DNA of 64,000 nt from Abditibacteriaceae bacterium (GCA_965277285.1 OZ255721.1:1792001-1856000); one strand, 5' to 3'. Shown: positions 19,737 to 30,161, counted from the first letter of the stretch. The notes: generated by a model from the letters alone, not told the origin. A program made the numbers and translations.

Positions 19737-19964
19737 GCTTTCATTTTACCCGATGAAGACGTTTGCTGGTCACATTTATTTTGAGCACAAATAGCAACAA
19801 TGGCTGGATTTCCAGTTACGCTTGGGTGCCGGAAGAAAAATAAACAAATAGATGGAGCGAGAGAGAATGACCTAAACGATATGGCAACGCCAATAATAAA
19901 TAGTTAAACAAAAGTAATTAGCTCTGCTATAATTTGAAATAATGATGTAAAAAGAGAACGAAAA

Positions 19965-20516
19965 ATGAAAATTTTTTTCTTGTTGGCATTTGCTTTTTGC
20001 ACTTTAAATTGTGCGATTCCTCAAGGCATTGCTGCTAATGTTTCGCAGGACGAACTAGTTCGAACTGAGTATGATGATGTTAAAGACATCACTGCAGTCG
20101 GATTTCTTGGCGTTAGTTGGAATGCTGAAAAGAGAGCGACAAGTGACAATTCTTATTCGTCCGCCGCATTATACGGGTATATGGGAAAAAAGCCTGCTCG
20201 TCCTGAATTTATAGTGTGGCAATTCAGGTGTTTGTCCTTCTATGGTGAGTGGCAGTGGACAAAAGTCGACACTGTTTACTTCAAATTTGGAGAGAAGCGA
20301 GCACACTTTACGGTTGCAGAACGCTCATCTCAAGCATCTGACTCTGAATATGTTAAAGGTAGGTATGAAAAAATTTCGATCAAAGTTCCCGTTGACACAT
20401 TCATTGCTATCGTTAAATCGCCATTTATATGTCAAATTAACAACGAGAACTTTGATATAAAAGGAGAGAAAATTTTACCACTCCAGAACTTAGCCGTCAC
20501 CATTCCTAACAAGTAA
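19965..20516 (+). CDS. Hypothetical exported protein (AT-rich islet)
   Basis: 183 aa with signal-peptide-like N-terminus. Confidence 0.65.
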   Translation: MKIFFLLAFAFCTLNCAIPQGIAANVSQDELVRTEYDDVKDITAVGFLGVSWNAEKRATSDNSYSSAALYGYMGKKPARPEFIVWQFRCLSFYGEWQWTKVDTVYFKFGEKRAHFTVAERSSQASDSEYVKGRYEKISIKVPVDTFIAIVKSPFICQINNENFDIKGEKILPLQNLAVTIPNK

Positions 20517-20610
20517 CAACACAATGATTCAGGCAATTCGTGTACTGCGTTTAACAGATGAACTGCAATTTATCTGAAACACCGCGGGCAAAAGCAAGCT
20601 GTAACGCCAT

Positions 20611-21072
20611 TTAGCTATCGACAGGTGGTTTGTAAATTACAATATTTGGCTTTTTGAATTCGTGTAGTTCCACAGCGGAGATTATTAGTTCAGGAAAATA
20701 GTCCTTACGTAATATTTTTTCGGCTGCCTCTTTTATTCTATTCTCGACATCTTCGTTTAATTGTAGAACACCGATGCCGTCGTATTCCTCAATAATCTCG
20801 TCGTCTCCTTTTGCGCAGGTGTGATCGAAGCCGAACCAGTATTCCACTTGTGTACAGTCTGGGTAGAGATCATCATCATCTCCGATGTATATGGCAATCC
20901 CTTTGAGTGGGCCAAATTGTTTTTTAGTAATTTTCTTCTCGATAATTTTCTTAAATTGCCTGTACTCTCTTGCTAAGCCTTTGCCTATACGCTTCGATTC
21001 CTTTTCTTTGTCCTCTTTATGGAAGGTCAAATACTGGAAGAAAGTTACGTTAATTCGAAATTTCGTTTTCAT
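20611..21072 (-). CDS. Hypothetical protein (AT-rich islet)
   Basis: 153-aa ORF in AT-rich DNA. Confidence 0.6.
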   Translation of the reverse strand: MKTKFRINVTFFQYLTFHKEDKEKESKRIGKGLAREYRQFKKIIEKKITKKQFGPLKGIAIYIGDDDDLYPDCTQVEYWFGFDHTCAKGDDEIIEEYDGIGVLQLNEDVENRIKEAAEKILRKDYFPELIISAVELHEFKKPNIVIYKPPVDS

Positions 21073-21102
21073 AGACTTCTTGTGCAGGATGCAAATGGCA
21101 AT

Positions 21103-21315
21103 TTAACTGGAAGTGCGCTTAGTGCGAGTGGTTTTATCCGTAATCCAATCAATAAAGTCGGCCAAAGGGACAGAGTAGTATTTTGGCGATCCACTGGGCT
21201 TCCAAAGTAAACCCGAAGGTTTGATACGAATGGTTCCTATTGTGTTCCCATCACTGTCCATGATGGTTTCTTCGATATATACGGGCGACTTAAACTTATT
21301 TATGTATTCGGGCAT
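21103..21315 (-). CDS. Small hypothetical protein
   Basis: AAGGA RBS before ATG 21315; GTIRIKPSGLLWKP. Confidence 0.6.
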   Translation of the reverse strand: MPEYINKFKSPVYIEETIMDSDGNTIGTIRIKPSGLLWKPSGSPKYYSVPLADFIDWITDKTTRTKRTSS

Positions 21316-21401
21316 CGAATTTCCTTTTGTAGAGAATATTGAGGTCAATATACAACAAAGAAAGACCGAATGGAAATGACCTCACTCTCTTCATATCTAT
21401 C

Positions 21402-24362
21402 TCACAACGCGTCGCGCACACGTTCAAAGATGGCGTGCACTTTTCGAGTACTCGAACTCCACTGCTCTTCAAATTTTTCCTGTGCAACTTCGGTACTTTC
21501 GTCGGGAAACAGGGCGCGCGACAGGTTGATGAACTCCTTAGTGCCGCGTTTGACGACGCGCGGCGCGTTTTCCTGCGTGATTTGCAAGCGCAATTCCATC
21601 CGGCGAAAGAAGATGTAAGCGTTCGTCAAATCGTTGGCGGAAGGTTCATCGAGTACGCGAACTTCGCGCGCGGCTTCGATTTGGCGCAAGGTGTTGGGCG
21701 TTTGCAAATTGAGAAATTGCGCGCCATATTTCATCGCCAGCCATTGCGCCGTCCATTCGATGTCGCTCAACGTTCCGCTTCCCAGTTTCACATCGAAAAC
21801 GTCATTGGCGCGTTTGCCGCGCTCGTTTTCGACGCGACTTTTGATGTGGCGCAGTTCATCGCTCCACTCGCTGCGCCACACAGGGGGAAACGCGACGTGA
21901 CGAATCGCGGCTTGCAGTTTGGCGGCGCTGGCCGGATTTCCCGCCACAAAACGCGAGCGCGTGAGAGCCTGACGTTCCCACGAGGCCAAACCGCCGCTTC
22001 CTCGCTCAAAATATTCCAGATAAGAGGCGACGCTGCGCGCCAGAGCGCCGCTTTGTCCTTCGGGGCGCAGGCGCGCATCCATCTCGAAACCTTGTCCGTC
22101 GGACGTTCTTTCGCCGACCCAGCGCATCAGTTTTTCGGCCCACGCGACGGCGATTTCATGGTTTCGAGTACTCGATGCGCCAAAACTATCGAAGACGAAC
22201 ATCACGTCGCAATCGCTGGCGTAGTGCATTTCGCCGCCGCCCAACTTTCCCATGCCGATCACAGAGAACGCGACCATTTCCGAAGTCGGACGCAATTCGT
22301 TGCCGATTTCCGCGACGCCCAAACCGATGCAACTTGAAGCTAAATCAGAAATCTCGCGCGCCGTCTCAACTGGCGAAACATCCAAAACCAGATCGCGCAA
22401 ACCGATTCTCACCAGTTCGCGGGCGCGCCAACGTCGCATCGCGGACGCGCGATCTCGAAACGCCAGAACATAATCGCGTGCTTCGGCTCGCGCGCTTTCG
22501 CCTGTTTTACTTTGCGATAAAACCGTTTGATTGGCCGCCAGATCGAGCAACTGCGGCGCGGCGATCAGCGAATCGGAAAGCCGTTGCGAACCGCCCAAAA
22601 TCGCGTAAACGGCGCGCGCCAATCGCGGCGAAGCGGCCAGGCTGCGCAACAAACTCAAGCGATTACCGGACGCCTCGCACAAGTTTTCCAGGTTCGCAAC
22701 CGCGCGTTCTGGATCAGCGGCGTGTTCAATTTCGCTCAACGCATCTGGCAAAACCACGCGAATCTGGCGCGACAGCGGCGCCGGAAGCGGTCGCGTTGGT
22801 GTTCCGTTGGCCAAGCGTTCGAGACGACGTTGAACGTCTGCGGAATGATGAATGATGAAGGATGAAGGATGAAGCACCGAACTTTCATCCTTCATCCTTC
22901 CGCCTTCATCCTTTCCTTCGCGCCATCCCCAAAACAGCCGCTCGCACAAGGCGCGAATCTTCGTGCGATGATGCGCCAGTTCTTCGTCTAAACGTTTGGC
23001 GACGGCTTCACCGCGCCCGACAAATTCCATTCTGCGCGCCAGTGCTGCGCGTTCTTTCACGTCTTTGGGCACGACGCGAACCGCGCGCTCATCGCGCAAT
23101 TGTAAGCGGTGTTCGAGTACTCGAAGAAACAGATAACCGTCGCGCAAATCGCGTGTTTCATCGAAGGAAAGCGCGCCAAATTCGTGCAGCGATTTCAACG
23201 CGTTCAAAGTGTTTTTGACGCGCGCTTTTTTGTGGCTGGGGCCGATCATCATTTGCAATTGCTGCACGATCCATTCGGCGTCTCGAATCGCGCCCGCGCC
23301 TTGCTTGACGTTGCGCGCGTCGCGGCCTTCGGGCGTGTTTTCACTGCGACGCTTCATCTCCACGACTTCCTGCAAATGCGCGTCATCGGCGCGGCGCGCC
23401 CACGTAATGTCGCGCACGAACTTGCGAAAACGACGACCAAGCTTTGCGTTTCCCGCAATGACGCGCGCTTTAATCATGGCTTGCCATTCCCACGCAGCGG
23501 CGTAACTTTCGTAGTAACTGAGCGCGTAATTCAAAGGCGTCGCCAATGTTCCACTTTTGCCGTCGGGACGCAAGCGCATATCGACGCGGAACATCGCGCC
23601 GCTCGGCGAATTATCGCCCAAGGCTTTCAACAATCTTTCGCCTAACAGGTTCATCGTCTCACTTTCGCCGTCATGCACAAAAATCAAGTCGATGTCACTG
23701 GAATAATTCAGTTCGCGCGCGCCCAACTTTCCCATACCGATGACGAAAAACGGCGCTGTATTTTGCGGATCGAGTACTCGAAGCGTCGCTTGAACGCAAA
23801 CTATCGCCAGATCGGAAATTTGTCGCACGACCAAGCTGAAATCTTCCGCATCGCGTTCGGTGTGAAGTTCCATATCGAGCAGCCCGATGCGCAAAGTTTG
23901 CTCGCGGCGAAAACGGCGCAACGCTTCGATTTTGTCTTTTTCATTGTGGGAATCTTCAACGCTTTGCTGCGCCAGAACGCGCAACTGCGGGCGCGAAATT
24001 TCTTGCGGCACATTTCGCACAAACTCCAGCAATTCGGGGCGACGAATCAAGGTATCGGCCAAGGATTGCGACCAGCTCAAAAGACGAAATAAACGCCAGC
24101 GAAAATCGTCGTTTTCCAACTCGTTCAAAAAGGCGCGCCGTTGCGGAACATTGTCGGCCAAATTGGTCAAGTTGAGCAGCGACAAAGCCGCGTCCGGCGC
24201 TTCGATCAAGTCGTGAATGAGCGATTCGAGTACTCGATGGAAGATTGCGCGTTCGTCATCGGTTTTGGCAAGAGAAAGCAACAGTTTTGCGGCGCGCTGC
24301 GGTTCGGGAAAGTTGGCGGCTTCGAGTTGAGCGCGCAAGGTTTCAGGGTTGTGATTGGTCAT
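21402..24362 (-). CDS. glnE: Glutamine synthetase adenylyltransferase/adenylyl-removing enzyme
   Basis: Duplicated NT domains: GMGKLGARELNYSSDIDLIF / GMGKLGGGEMHYASDCDVMF, VDMRLRPDG / MDARLRPEG, WEWQAMIKAR / WERQALTRSR. Confidence 0.95.
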   Translation of the reverse strand: MTNHNPETLRAQLEAANFPEPQRAAKLLLSLAKTDDERAIFHRVLESLIHDLIEAPDAALSLLNLTNLADNVPQRRAFLNELENDDFRWRLFRLLSWSQSLADTLIRRPELLEFVRNVPQEISRPQLRVLAQQSVEDSHNEKDKIEALRRFRREQTLRIGLLDMELHTERDAEDFSLVVRQISDLAIVCVQATLRVLDPQNTAPFFVIGMGKLGARELNYSSDIDLIFVHDGESETMNLLGERLLKALGDNSPSGAMFRVDMRLRPDGKSGTLATPLNYALSYYESYAAAWEWQAMIKARVIAGNAKLGRRFRKFVRDITWARRADDAHLQEVVEMKRRSENTPEGRDARNVKQGAGAIRDAEWIVQQLQMMIGPSHKKARVKNTLNALKSLHEFGALSFDETRDLRDGYLFLRVLEHRLQLRDERAVRVVPKDVKERAALARRMEFVGRGEAVAKRLDEELAHHRTKIRALCERLFWGWREGKDEGGRMKDESSVLHPSSFIIHHSADVQRRLERLANGTPTRPLPAPLSRQIRVVLPDALSEIEHAADPERAVANLENLCEASGNRLSLLRSLAASPRLARAVYAILGGSQRLSDSLIAAPQLLDLAANQTVLSQSKTGESARAEARDYVLAFRDRASAMRRWRARELVRIGLRDLVLDVSPVETAREISDLASSCIGLGVAEIGNELRPTSEMVAFSVIGMGKLGGGEMHYASDCDVMFVFDSFGASSTRNHEIAVAWAEKLMRWVGERTSDGQGFEMDARLRPEGQSGALARSVASYLEYFERGSGGLASWERQALTRSRFVAGNPASAAKLQAAIRHVAFPPVWRSEWSDELRHIKSRVENERGKRANDVFDVKLGSGTLSDIEWTAQWLAMKYGAQFLNLQTPNTLRQIEAAREVRVLDEPSANDLTNAYIFFRRMELRLQITQENAPRVVKRGTKEFINLSRALFPDESTEVAQEKFEEQWSSSTRKVHAIFERVRDAL

Positions 24363-24413
24363 GGTGCAAACATCCGTGTATACTCATTGTAGAAACATCG
24401 ACAAAGGCTTGAT

Positions 24414-24656
24414 ATGCAAACTCGCGTGCAAAAATGGGGCAACAGTCTGGCGGTGCGCATTCCAAAATCGTGCGCGCAGGAAACGCATCTCGATTTGAAC
24501 ACGATTGTAAACGTTTCGGTCGAGGAAGGTCGTATTGTGCTGGCGCCCTCTTCGCCCGCCAAACCAACACTCAGCAGCTTGCTCGAAGGCGTTTCAAAAC
24601 ACAACCTGCACGCGGAAACCGAAAGCGGCGCGGTCGCTGGTCGGGAGGCGTGGTAA
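24414..24656 (+). CDS. mazE: MazE/AbrB-type antitoxin
   Basis: VQKWGNSLAVRIP...GREAW. Confidence 0.92.
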   Translation: MQTRVQKWGNSLAVRIPKSCAQETHLDLNTIVNVSVEEGRIVLAPSSPAKPTLSSLLEGVSKHNLHAETESGAVAGREAW

Positions 24657-24989
24657 GTGGCGTATGTCCCCGAGCGCGGCGATGTCGTTTTCATCAGTTT
24701 GAACCCGCAGGCCGGTCACGAGCAAGCCGGTCGCCGTCCGGCGCTGGTGATTTCGCCTGCGAGCTACAATCGCAAAGTCGGTCTGGCGCTGCTCTGCCCG
24801 ATTACGAACCAAATCAAAGGTTATCCGTTTGAAGTCGATTTGCCGCAAGGTTTGAACATAATCGGAACAATTTTGTCGGATCAAGTCAAAAGTCTCGATT
24901 GGCGCGCGCGAAAAGCGACGAAAATCGGCGCGCTCCCAACGCAAATCGTCAACGAAGTGCTGGATAAAGCGCGGACACTGCTGGATTAA
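24657..24989 (+). CDS. mazF: MazF endoribonuclease toxin
   Basis: YVPERGDVV, GHEQAGRRPALVISP, DQVKSLDWRAR; abuts mazE. Confidence 0.95.
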   Translation: MAYVPERGDVVFISLNPQAGHEQAGRRPALVISPASYNRKVGLALLCPITNQIKGYPFEVDLPQGLNIIGTILSDQVKSLDWRARKATKIGALPTQIVNEVLDKARTLLD

Positions 24990-24997
24990 GTTTGTAG

Positions 24998-26164
24998 ATG
25001 AGTCTTATGCAACAACGCACGCGCCTGTATTTCGACAACGCCGCGACAACGCCAATCTCCCAAGCCGCGCGCGCGGCTCTGGACGAATCGAGTACTCGTT
25101 GCGGCAATGCCAGCAGCCCTTATGAAATCGGGCGCACCAGCCGCATGACAATTGATCGCGCGCGTGGCGAAGTGGCCAAACTGATCGGCGCGCAAACCGA
25201 TGAAATCGTGTTCACGAGCGGTGGAACCGAAAGCGATAACTGGGCGCTGTTGGGAATTGCGCTGAAAAACCTGGAAAGTCGCGGTCATTTTATCGTGTCG
25301 GCGATTGAACATCACGCGATTTTGGAACCCGTCGAAACGCTCAAAGAACTGGGTTTTGAGGTTTCAATTGCGCCAGTCAATTGCGATGGAATTGTCTGTC
25401 CGCAAACCTTAAAAAGTTTGATGCGCGACGATACGAAATTGGTTTCCGTGATGAAAGTCAATAACGAAACCGGCGTGATTCAGCCGATTCGGGAACTGGC
25501 GCAAATTGCACATGAAAGCGGCGCGCTGTTTCATTCGGACTCGGTGCAAGCGATTGGGAAAGTCATTGTAAACGTTGACGATTTGGGCGTTGATTTGATG
25601 AGTTTAAGCGCGCACAAGTTTGGCGGCAGCAAAGGCGCGGGCGCGTTGTACATTCGTCGCGGTGTGAAGATGCAGGCGCTGTTGCGCGGCGGCGGACAAG
25701 AACGAGGGCGTCGCGCCGGAACCGAAAATGTTCCCGCCATTGCCGCGATGGGCGCCGCCGCCAAAGAAGCGCGCGAATGTTTTGAGAACCATGTCGCGCA
25801 TTTGACACGTTTGCGCGAGCGTTTTGAAAGTGGCGTTCGAGTACTCGATTGTGCGCGCATCAATGCGGAAACGGCACCGCGCGCGCCGCACATCGTCAAC
25901 CTTCAGCTTGCCAACGTGCGCGCCGAAAGTCTGGCGATGAAGCTGGATTTGAGCGGCATCGCGGTTGGAACCGGCTCGGCCTGCGCGAGCGGCGCGTTGG
26001 AACCATCGCACGTCTTGGCCGCGATGGGCAAAACCCGCGACGAAGCGCGTTCCGCATTGCGCGTCAGTTTTGGCGTGCAGAATACGCTCGATGAAGTGGA
26101 TGAGTTTTTGGAAGTGTTAGGAAAATTGAATCACAGAGACACAAAGAACACAGAGAGAAAGTAA
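24998..26164 (+). CDS. Cysteine desulfurase (IscS/NifS family)
   Basis: YFDNAATT, FTSGGTESDN, SAHKF (PLP lysine), GSACASG. Confidence 0.93.
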   Translation: MSLMQQRTRLYFDNAATTPISQAARAALDESSTRCGNASSPYEIGRTSRMTIDRARGEVAKLIGAQTDEIVFTSGGTESDNWALLGIALKNLESRGHFIVSAIEHHAILEPVETLKELGFEVSIAPVNCDGIVCPQTLKSLMRDDTKLVSVMKVNNETGVIQPIRELAQIAHESGALFHSDSVQAIGKVIVNVDDLGVDLMSLSAHKFGGSKGAGALYIRRGVKMQALLRGGGQERGRRAGTENVPAIAAMGAAAKEARECFENHVAHLTRLRERFESGVRVLDCARINAETAPRAPHIVNLQLANVRAESLAMKLDLSGIAVGTGSACASGALEPSHVLAAMGKTRDEARSALRVSFGVQNTLDEVDEFLEVLGKLNHRDTKNTERK

Positions 26165-26171
26165 AAGTGTG

Positions 26172-26227
26172 GTCATTCTGAGCGCAGCGAAGAATCTAAT
26201 ATGAAGTTAGATTCTTCGTTTCACTCA
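26172..26227. repeat. REP-like palindrome GTCATTCTGAGCGCAGCGAAGAATCT...AGATTCTTCG..CTCAGAATGAC, split by the IS
   Basis: The right arm resumes as tcagaatgac at 27085-27094, after the IS. Confidence 0.8.
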
Positions 26228-27084
26228 GAGGGTGTATAGGAAAGGGTTAGACTTACATTTATGAAACGCCAGAGCTATCCCAGTGATTTGAGCGAGGCAC
26301 AATGGCAAGTGCTGCGCCCTTTGATCGAGCCACAGCGTGCGCGCGGTACGCGCAGGCTTTACGCCCAACGCGAGATCGTCAACGCTTTGTTGTATCAGTT
26401 GACCAACGGCTGCTCGTGGCGTGCTTTGCCTCACGATTTTCCGCCTTACACTGTGGTTTGGTATCACTTCCGGCGCTGGCGTGACAACGGCACTCTCGAA
26501 GGTATCCACAGTTCGTTGCGTTCTCAAGTGCGCCAGGCCGATGGACGGGATGAGGCGCCCAGCGCAGCGATTCTGGACAGCCAGAGCGTCAAAACCACAG
26601 AAAAAGGGGGCCAAAAGGCTTTGATGCAGCCAAGAAAATAAAAGGGCGCAAGCGTCATATTCTGGTGGATACCAACGGCTTGTTGTTGCAAGTGTGTGTT
26701 CATGCTGCCAACGTTCAAGAGCGTGACGGAGCCAAATTACTTTTGCAAGACAAAGCCCTGTGGCGCTTTCCTTCACAACGTTTGCAGTTGATTTGGGCGG
26801 ATGCAGGCTACTGGGGACACAAGTTCGCGGCTTGGGTGCGAGAAAACTGTGGCGTTGCGCTCCGAGTGATAAGCCGCAATGCCCTGGTGAACCGTCAATA
26901 TGAAAACAAAGGCTACGTGCCGTTGCCGCGTCGCTGGGTTGTCGAAAGAACTTTTGCATGGTTGGGAAGATGTCGAAGGCTTTCAAAAGACTATGAGCAA
27001 AATGTCAAATCAAGTGAAACCTGGATTTATCTCGCCATGATCCGGCTTATGCTCCGAAGGCTTGCGTGATTCCTATACACCCTC
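26228..27084 (+). mobile_element. IS5-family insertion sequence (IS1031-like group), 857 bp
   Basis: Perfect 15-bp TIRs GAGGGTGTATAGGAA (26228-26242 / 27070-27084); 3-bp target duplication TCA. Confidence 0.93.
26261..27069 (+). CDS. IS5-family transposase in two frames joined by a -1 frameshift
   Basis: OrfA has [15 protein letters not shown] and ILDSQSVKT. After AAAAAGGGGG (26601-26610), the -1 frame reads [21 protein letters not shown]...ADAGY...[11 protein letters not shown]. Confidence 0.9.
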
Positions 27085-27215
27085 TCAGAATGACACAATG
27101 CCGCTTCCAAGCGTTTTTCGTTGCTTTTGGGTTTTCCTATACGCCCTCTCAGAATGACACAGTTGCAGCTTTCGAGGACTCGATTCTTCCTCTGCGTTCT
27201 CTGCGGTGAATTGTT

Positions 27216-28292
27216 ATGAAAAAAGTTTTATGCGCGATGAGCGGCGGCGTCGATTCCAGCGTGGCGGCGGCGCTTTTGATTCAACAAGGTTATGAAGTGA
27301 TCGGCGTCACCATGAAGTTGTGGCGCGGCGAAGACGACCCGTTTGCGGCGCATCGTTTCGGCGGCTGCTGCACCATTGGCGCGACCGAAGATGCGCGCCG
27401 CGTCGCCGATATTTTGGACATTCCGTATTACGTCCTCAACATGCAAGAGGAATTTAACGCGCGCGTGGTCGATAATTTCGTGGACGAATATGCGCAAGGT
27501 CGCACGCCGAATCCGTGCGCGCGCTGCAACGAGTTCATCAAGTTCAACGCGTTTTACGAGCGCGCCGAAGAATTGGGCTGCGACCTTGTGGCGACAGGTC
27601 ATTACGCGCGCATCGAGTACTCGAATGCGGAAAATCGCCACAGTTTGCATCGCGGCGAAGACGCCAAAAAAGATCAAAGTTACGTTCTGGGAATGCTGAC
27701 GCAGCCGGAATTGTCGCGCACTTTGTTCCCGATTGGCGACATGGAAAAGCCGCGCGTCCGTGACATCGCCGAAGAACTGGGTTTTTGCGTGGCGCGCAAA
27801 CCCGACAGCCAGGAAATCTGCTTTGTCGAAGACGGCGATCACGCGCGTTTCGTCATCGAACGCGTGCCGCAGCTGGCAAAAACCGGCGATATTGTGGACG
27901 AAAACGGCCAAAAGTTGGGCGAACACAACGGCCTGGCGCGCTACACTGTGGGTCAGCGCAAAGGTTTGGGCATCAGCGCGCCTCTGCCGCTTTTCGTCAC
28001 CAAAATCGACGCGACGAATAACACTTTAATCGTCGGCGACCGCGCCGATTTGCTGCGCGACAGTTTGAGTTGCAGCAATCCAAAATGGGCGTTTTCACCG
28101 GTTGCAAGCGGGCAGAAAGTCTTCGCGCAAACTCGAGCGCACGCACGCGCCGTTCCCGCTGTTGTCGAAAGCGCGGACGAATTCGAGTACTCGATTCGCT
28201 TCGACGAACCTTACGCAGGCGTTTCACCCGGCCAAATGTGCGTCTTATATCGAGACGACAAAGAAGTTTTAGGCGCCGGAACGATCCGGTGA
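27216..28292 (+). CDS. mnmA: tRNA 2-thiouridylase
   Basis: AMSGGVDSS, TPNPCARCN, ATGHYA, KDQSY, DSQEICF, YTVGQRKG. Confidence 0.97.
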   Translation: MKKVLCAMSGGVDSSVAAALLIQQGYEVIGVTMKLWRGEDDPFAAHRFGGCCTIGATEDARRVADILDIPYYVLNMQEEFNARVVDNFVDEYAQGRTPNPCARCNEFIKFNAFYERAEELGCDLVATGHYARIEYSNAENRHSLHRGEDAKKDQSYVLGMLTQPELSRTLFPIGDMEKPRVRDIAEELGFCVARKPDSQEICFVEDGDHARFVIERVPQLAKTGDIVDENGQKLGEHNGLARYTVGQRKGLGISAPLPLFVTKIDATNNTLIVGDRADLLRDSLSCSNPKWAFSPVASGQKVFAQTRAHARAVPAVVESADEFEYSIRFDEPYAGVSPGQMCVLYRDDKEVLGAGTIR

Positions 28293-28362
28293 TCAGCAGT
28301 CGGTGGTTAGCGGCCAGTCGAAGCGGCTTCTGACCACTGACCACCAATCACTGACCACTGAC
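28292..28362. repeat. Short heptamer tandem/inverted repeats (CTGACCA type)
   Basis: ctgaccactgaccaccaatcactgaccactgac with a degenerate inverted arm upstream. Confidence 0.6.
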
Positions 28363-28364
28363 TT

Positions 28365-29432
28365 ATGAAACTTAACGAACGACAACGCGCGATTTTGGCT
28401 GCCGTCATCGAACGCTACGTCGAGACGGCGGAGCCGGTTGGTTCGGCGGCTTTGGCGGGCGACGCCGGAATGTTGTCGCGCGTCGGCGTTGTGTCGTCGG
28501 CGACGATCCGCAACGAACTGGCGGAACTGGAAAATCTGGGACTTTTGGCGCATCCGCACACATCTGCGGGACGCGTTCCAACCGACGCCGGTTATCGCTT
28601 GTATGTCAACGAAATGCTGCGGCCTCGCGCCGTCAAGCCGCAGGAACGCGCGCAGATTCATGCGCAGATTTCGACGCCCGCGAGTTCGGTCGAGGACGTT
28701 TTACGCGATGCGTGCGCGGCGCTGGCGAAATTGACGGGTTATCCGGCTGTGGCGACGTTGCCGCACGCCGCGCGCGATACAGTTCGTCAGGTGCAGATCA
28801 ACAATTTGCCGCCGCGTCGCTTGATGCTGGCTTTGGTGACACAAACCGGACGCATCGAGCATCGCGTCTTTGAAGTCGAAGATGTGCCGGACGAACGCCT
28901 GGCGACGGTCGTCAATTTCCTCAATCAAACGCTGAGCGGGCGCACTTTATCAAGCCTTCGCGTACTCGATTTCGCCGAAATTTCCGAAGGTTTGCATGGA
29001 GCCGAAACCATGAGTTTGGCGTCGCGCGCGTTCGAGTTTGTGAAGCAATCGGCGGAAGAGTTGGGCGATGAACGCATCGTGGTGCAAGGTTTGATTACAC
29101 TGCTGGACGAGCCGGAGTTTTCCGACATCGTCACGGCGCGCCGCGCCATGCGCTTGTTTGAAGACGCGGGCGCGATGAACGATCTGCTGCAAGCGCCGCT
29201 CGAACTTTTTCGCCCCGAGAGCGGCTATTCGGTCGTTATCGGGCACGAACTGAGCGCGGTGGAAAACGCCGTCGCGCAACGTTTTTCAGTTGTCGGAATC
29301 GCTTACGGTCTGGGCGACGAAGTGCTGGGAACCGTCGCCGTAATGGGGCCGACGCGCATGAAATACGCGGACGCGGTTTCCCTCGCGCCGGTCTTGGCAC
29401 AACGCTTAAAAAGCAGTCTGGAAACGCTGTGA
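28365..29432 (+). CDS. hrcA: Heat-inducible transcription repressor
   Basis: EPVGS, SSATIRNEL, PHTSAGRVPTDAGYRLYV, GPTRMKY. Confidence 0.96.
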   Translation: MKLNERQRAILAAVIERYVETAEPVGSAALAGDAGMLSRVGVVSSATIRNELAELENLGLLAHPHTSAGRVPTDAGYRLYVNEMLRPRAVKPQERAQIHAQISTPASSVEDVLRDACAALAKLTGYPAVATLPHAARDTVRQVQINNLPPRRLMLALVTQTGRIEHRVFEVEDVPDERLATVVNFLNQTLSGRTLSSLRVLDFAEISEGLHGAETMSLASRAFEFVKQSAEELGDERIVVQGLITLLDEPEFSDIVTARRAMRLFEDAGAMNDLLQAPLELFRPESGYSVVIGHELSAVENAVAQRFSVVGIAYGLGDEVLGTVAVMGPTRMKYADAVSLAPVLAQRLKSSLETL

Positions 29433-29480
29433 TAGAGTAATCGAAAACGGGAACCAACAAACTGACCAATTCAAGGAGAG

Positions 29481-30091
29481 ATGATGAACCAGCGAATAAC
29501 GACAGCAGCTATAACTCTTTTTACCTTGGTCACGTTATTGATTTTTCGCACACAACGACCTGCCGTTAACAAGAATAGAAACGATGTGGCGAAAGTTAGC
29601 ATCAAGTTTTCTAAAAGACCGAGTATTATGCGTACGAACCTATTTTTGTGGACATCAGCATCCAAAACATTGGAAAGAATGCAATAAAAGACTTTTACTA
29701 TTTCGGTGATGAACCGTCCGTGCACACTTTCAAAGTTGAAAGCAATTACGGGCAAGCTGCCGATTCCGCATTTATAAAAAGGGTTCGGAAAGAAGCGAAG
29801 GCAAAAGCAGAACGTGGAATGTACGAAAGCAGCAAAATGGTTACACATCCCGATCTTCAACCAGGACAAACTTTTACAGAACGTATTCCTTTGCAGCGTT
29901 ATGTCGATATGTCAGATGTCGCACCTGCTGACATCAAGGTTCAATTAAAGTGGTGTGATACTTGGTCGAACACAATTTCGACTAATGTACGAGCAGAACC
30001 CTACGATCTGAGCGACCATAAAATCAGAAAAAGTGTCACAGAGGAATGGTGGGGTAACCCTGCTGCTTCGACTAAAAAGCCCATTCAGTAG
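29481..30091 (+). pseudogene. Frameshifted hypothetical exported protein (or sequencing error)
   Basis: ORF 29481-29687 (RBS, N-terminal hydrophobic segment) overlaps ORF 29648-30091; the switch falls at a T5 run near 29643-29647. Confidence 0.5.
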
Positions 30092-30161
30092 AAAATCGAG
30101 CATGATATGCTTCACAGGTAATCACGGCTTCCCTCTTCCCTATGACGAATTGGAGACAACA

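Noticed and set aside
26601..26664. Transposase as a pseudogene
   Set aside because: The split at an A5G5 run with intact motifs, TIRs and TSD fits programmed frameshifting known in this IS group.
28293..28364. CIRCE operator before hrcA
   Set aside because: Only heptamer repeats are present, with no TTAGCACTC-N9-GAGTGCTAA.
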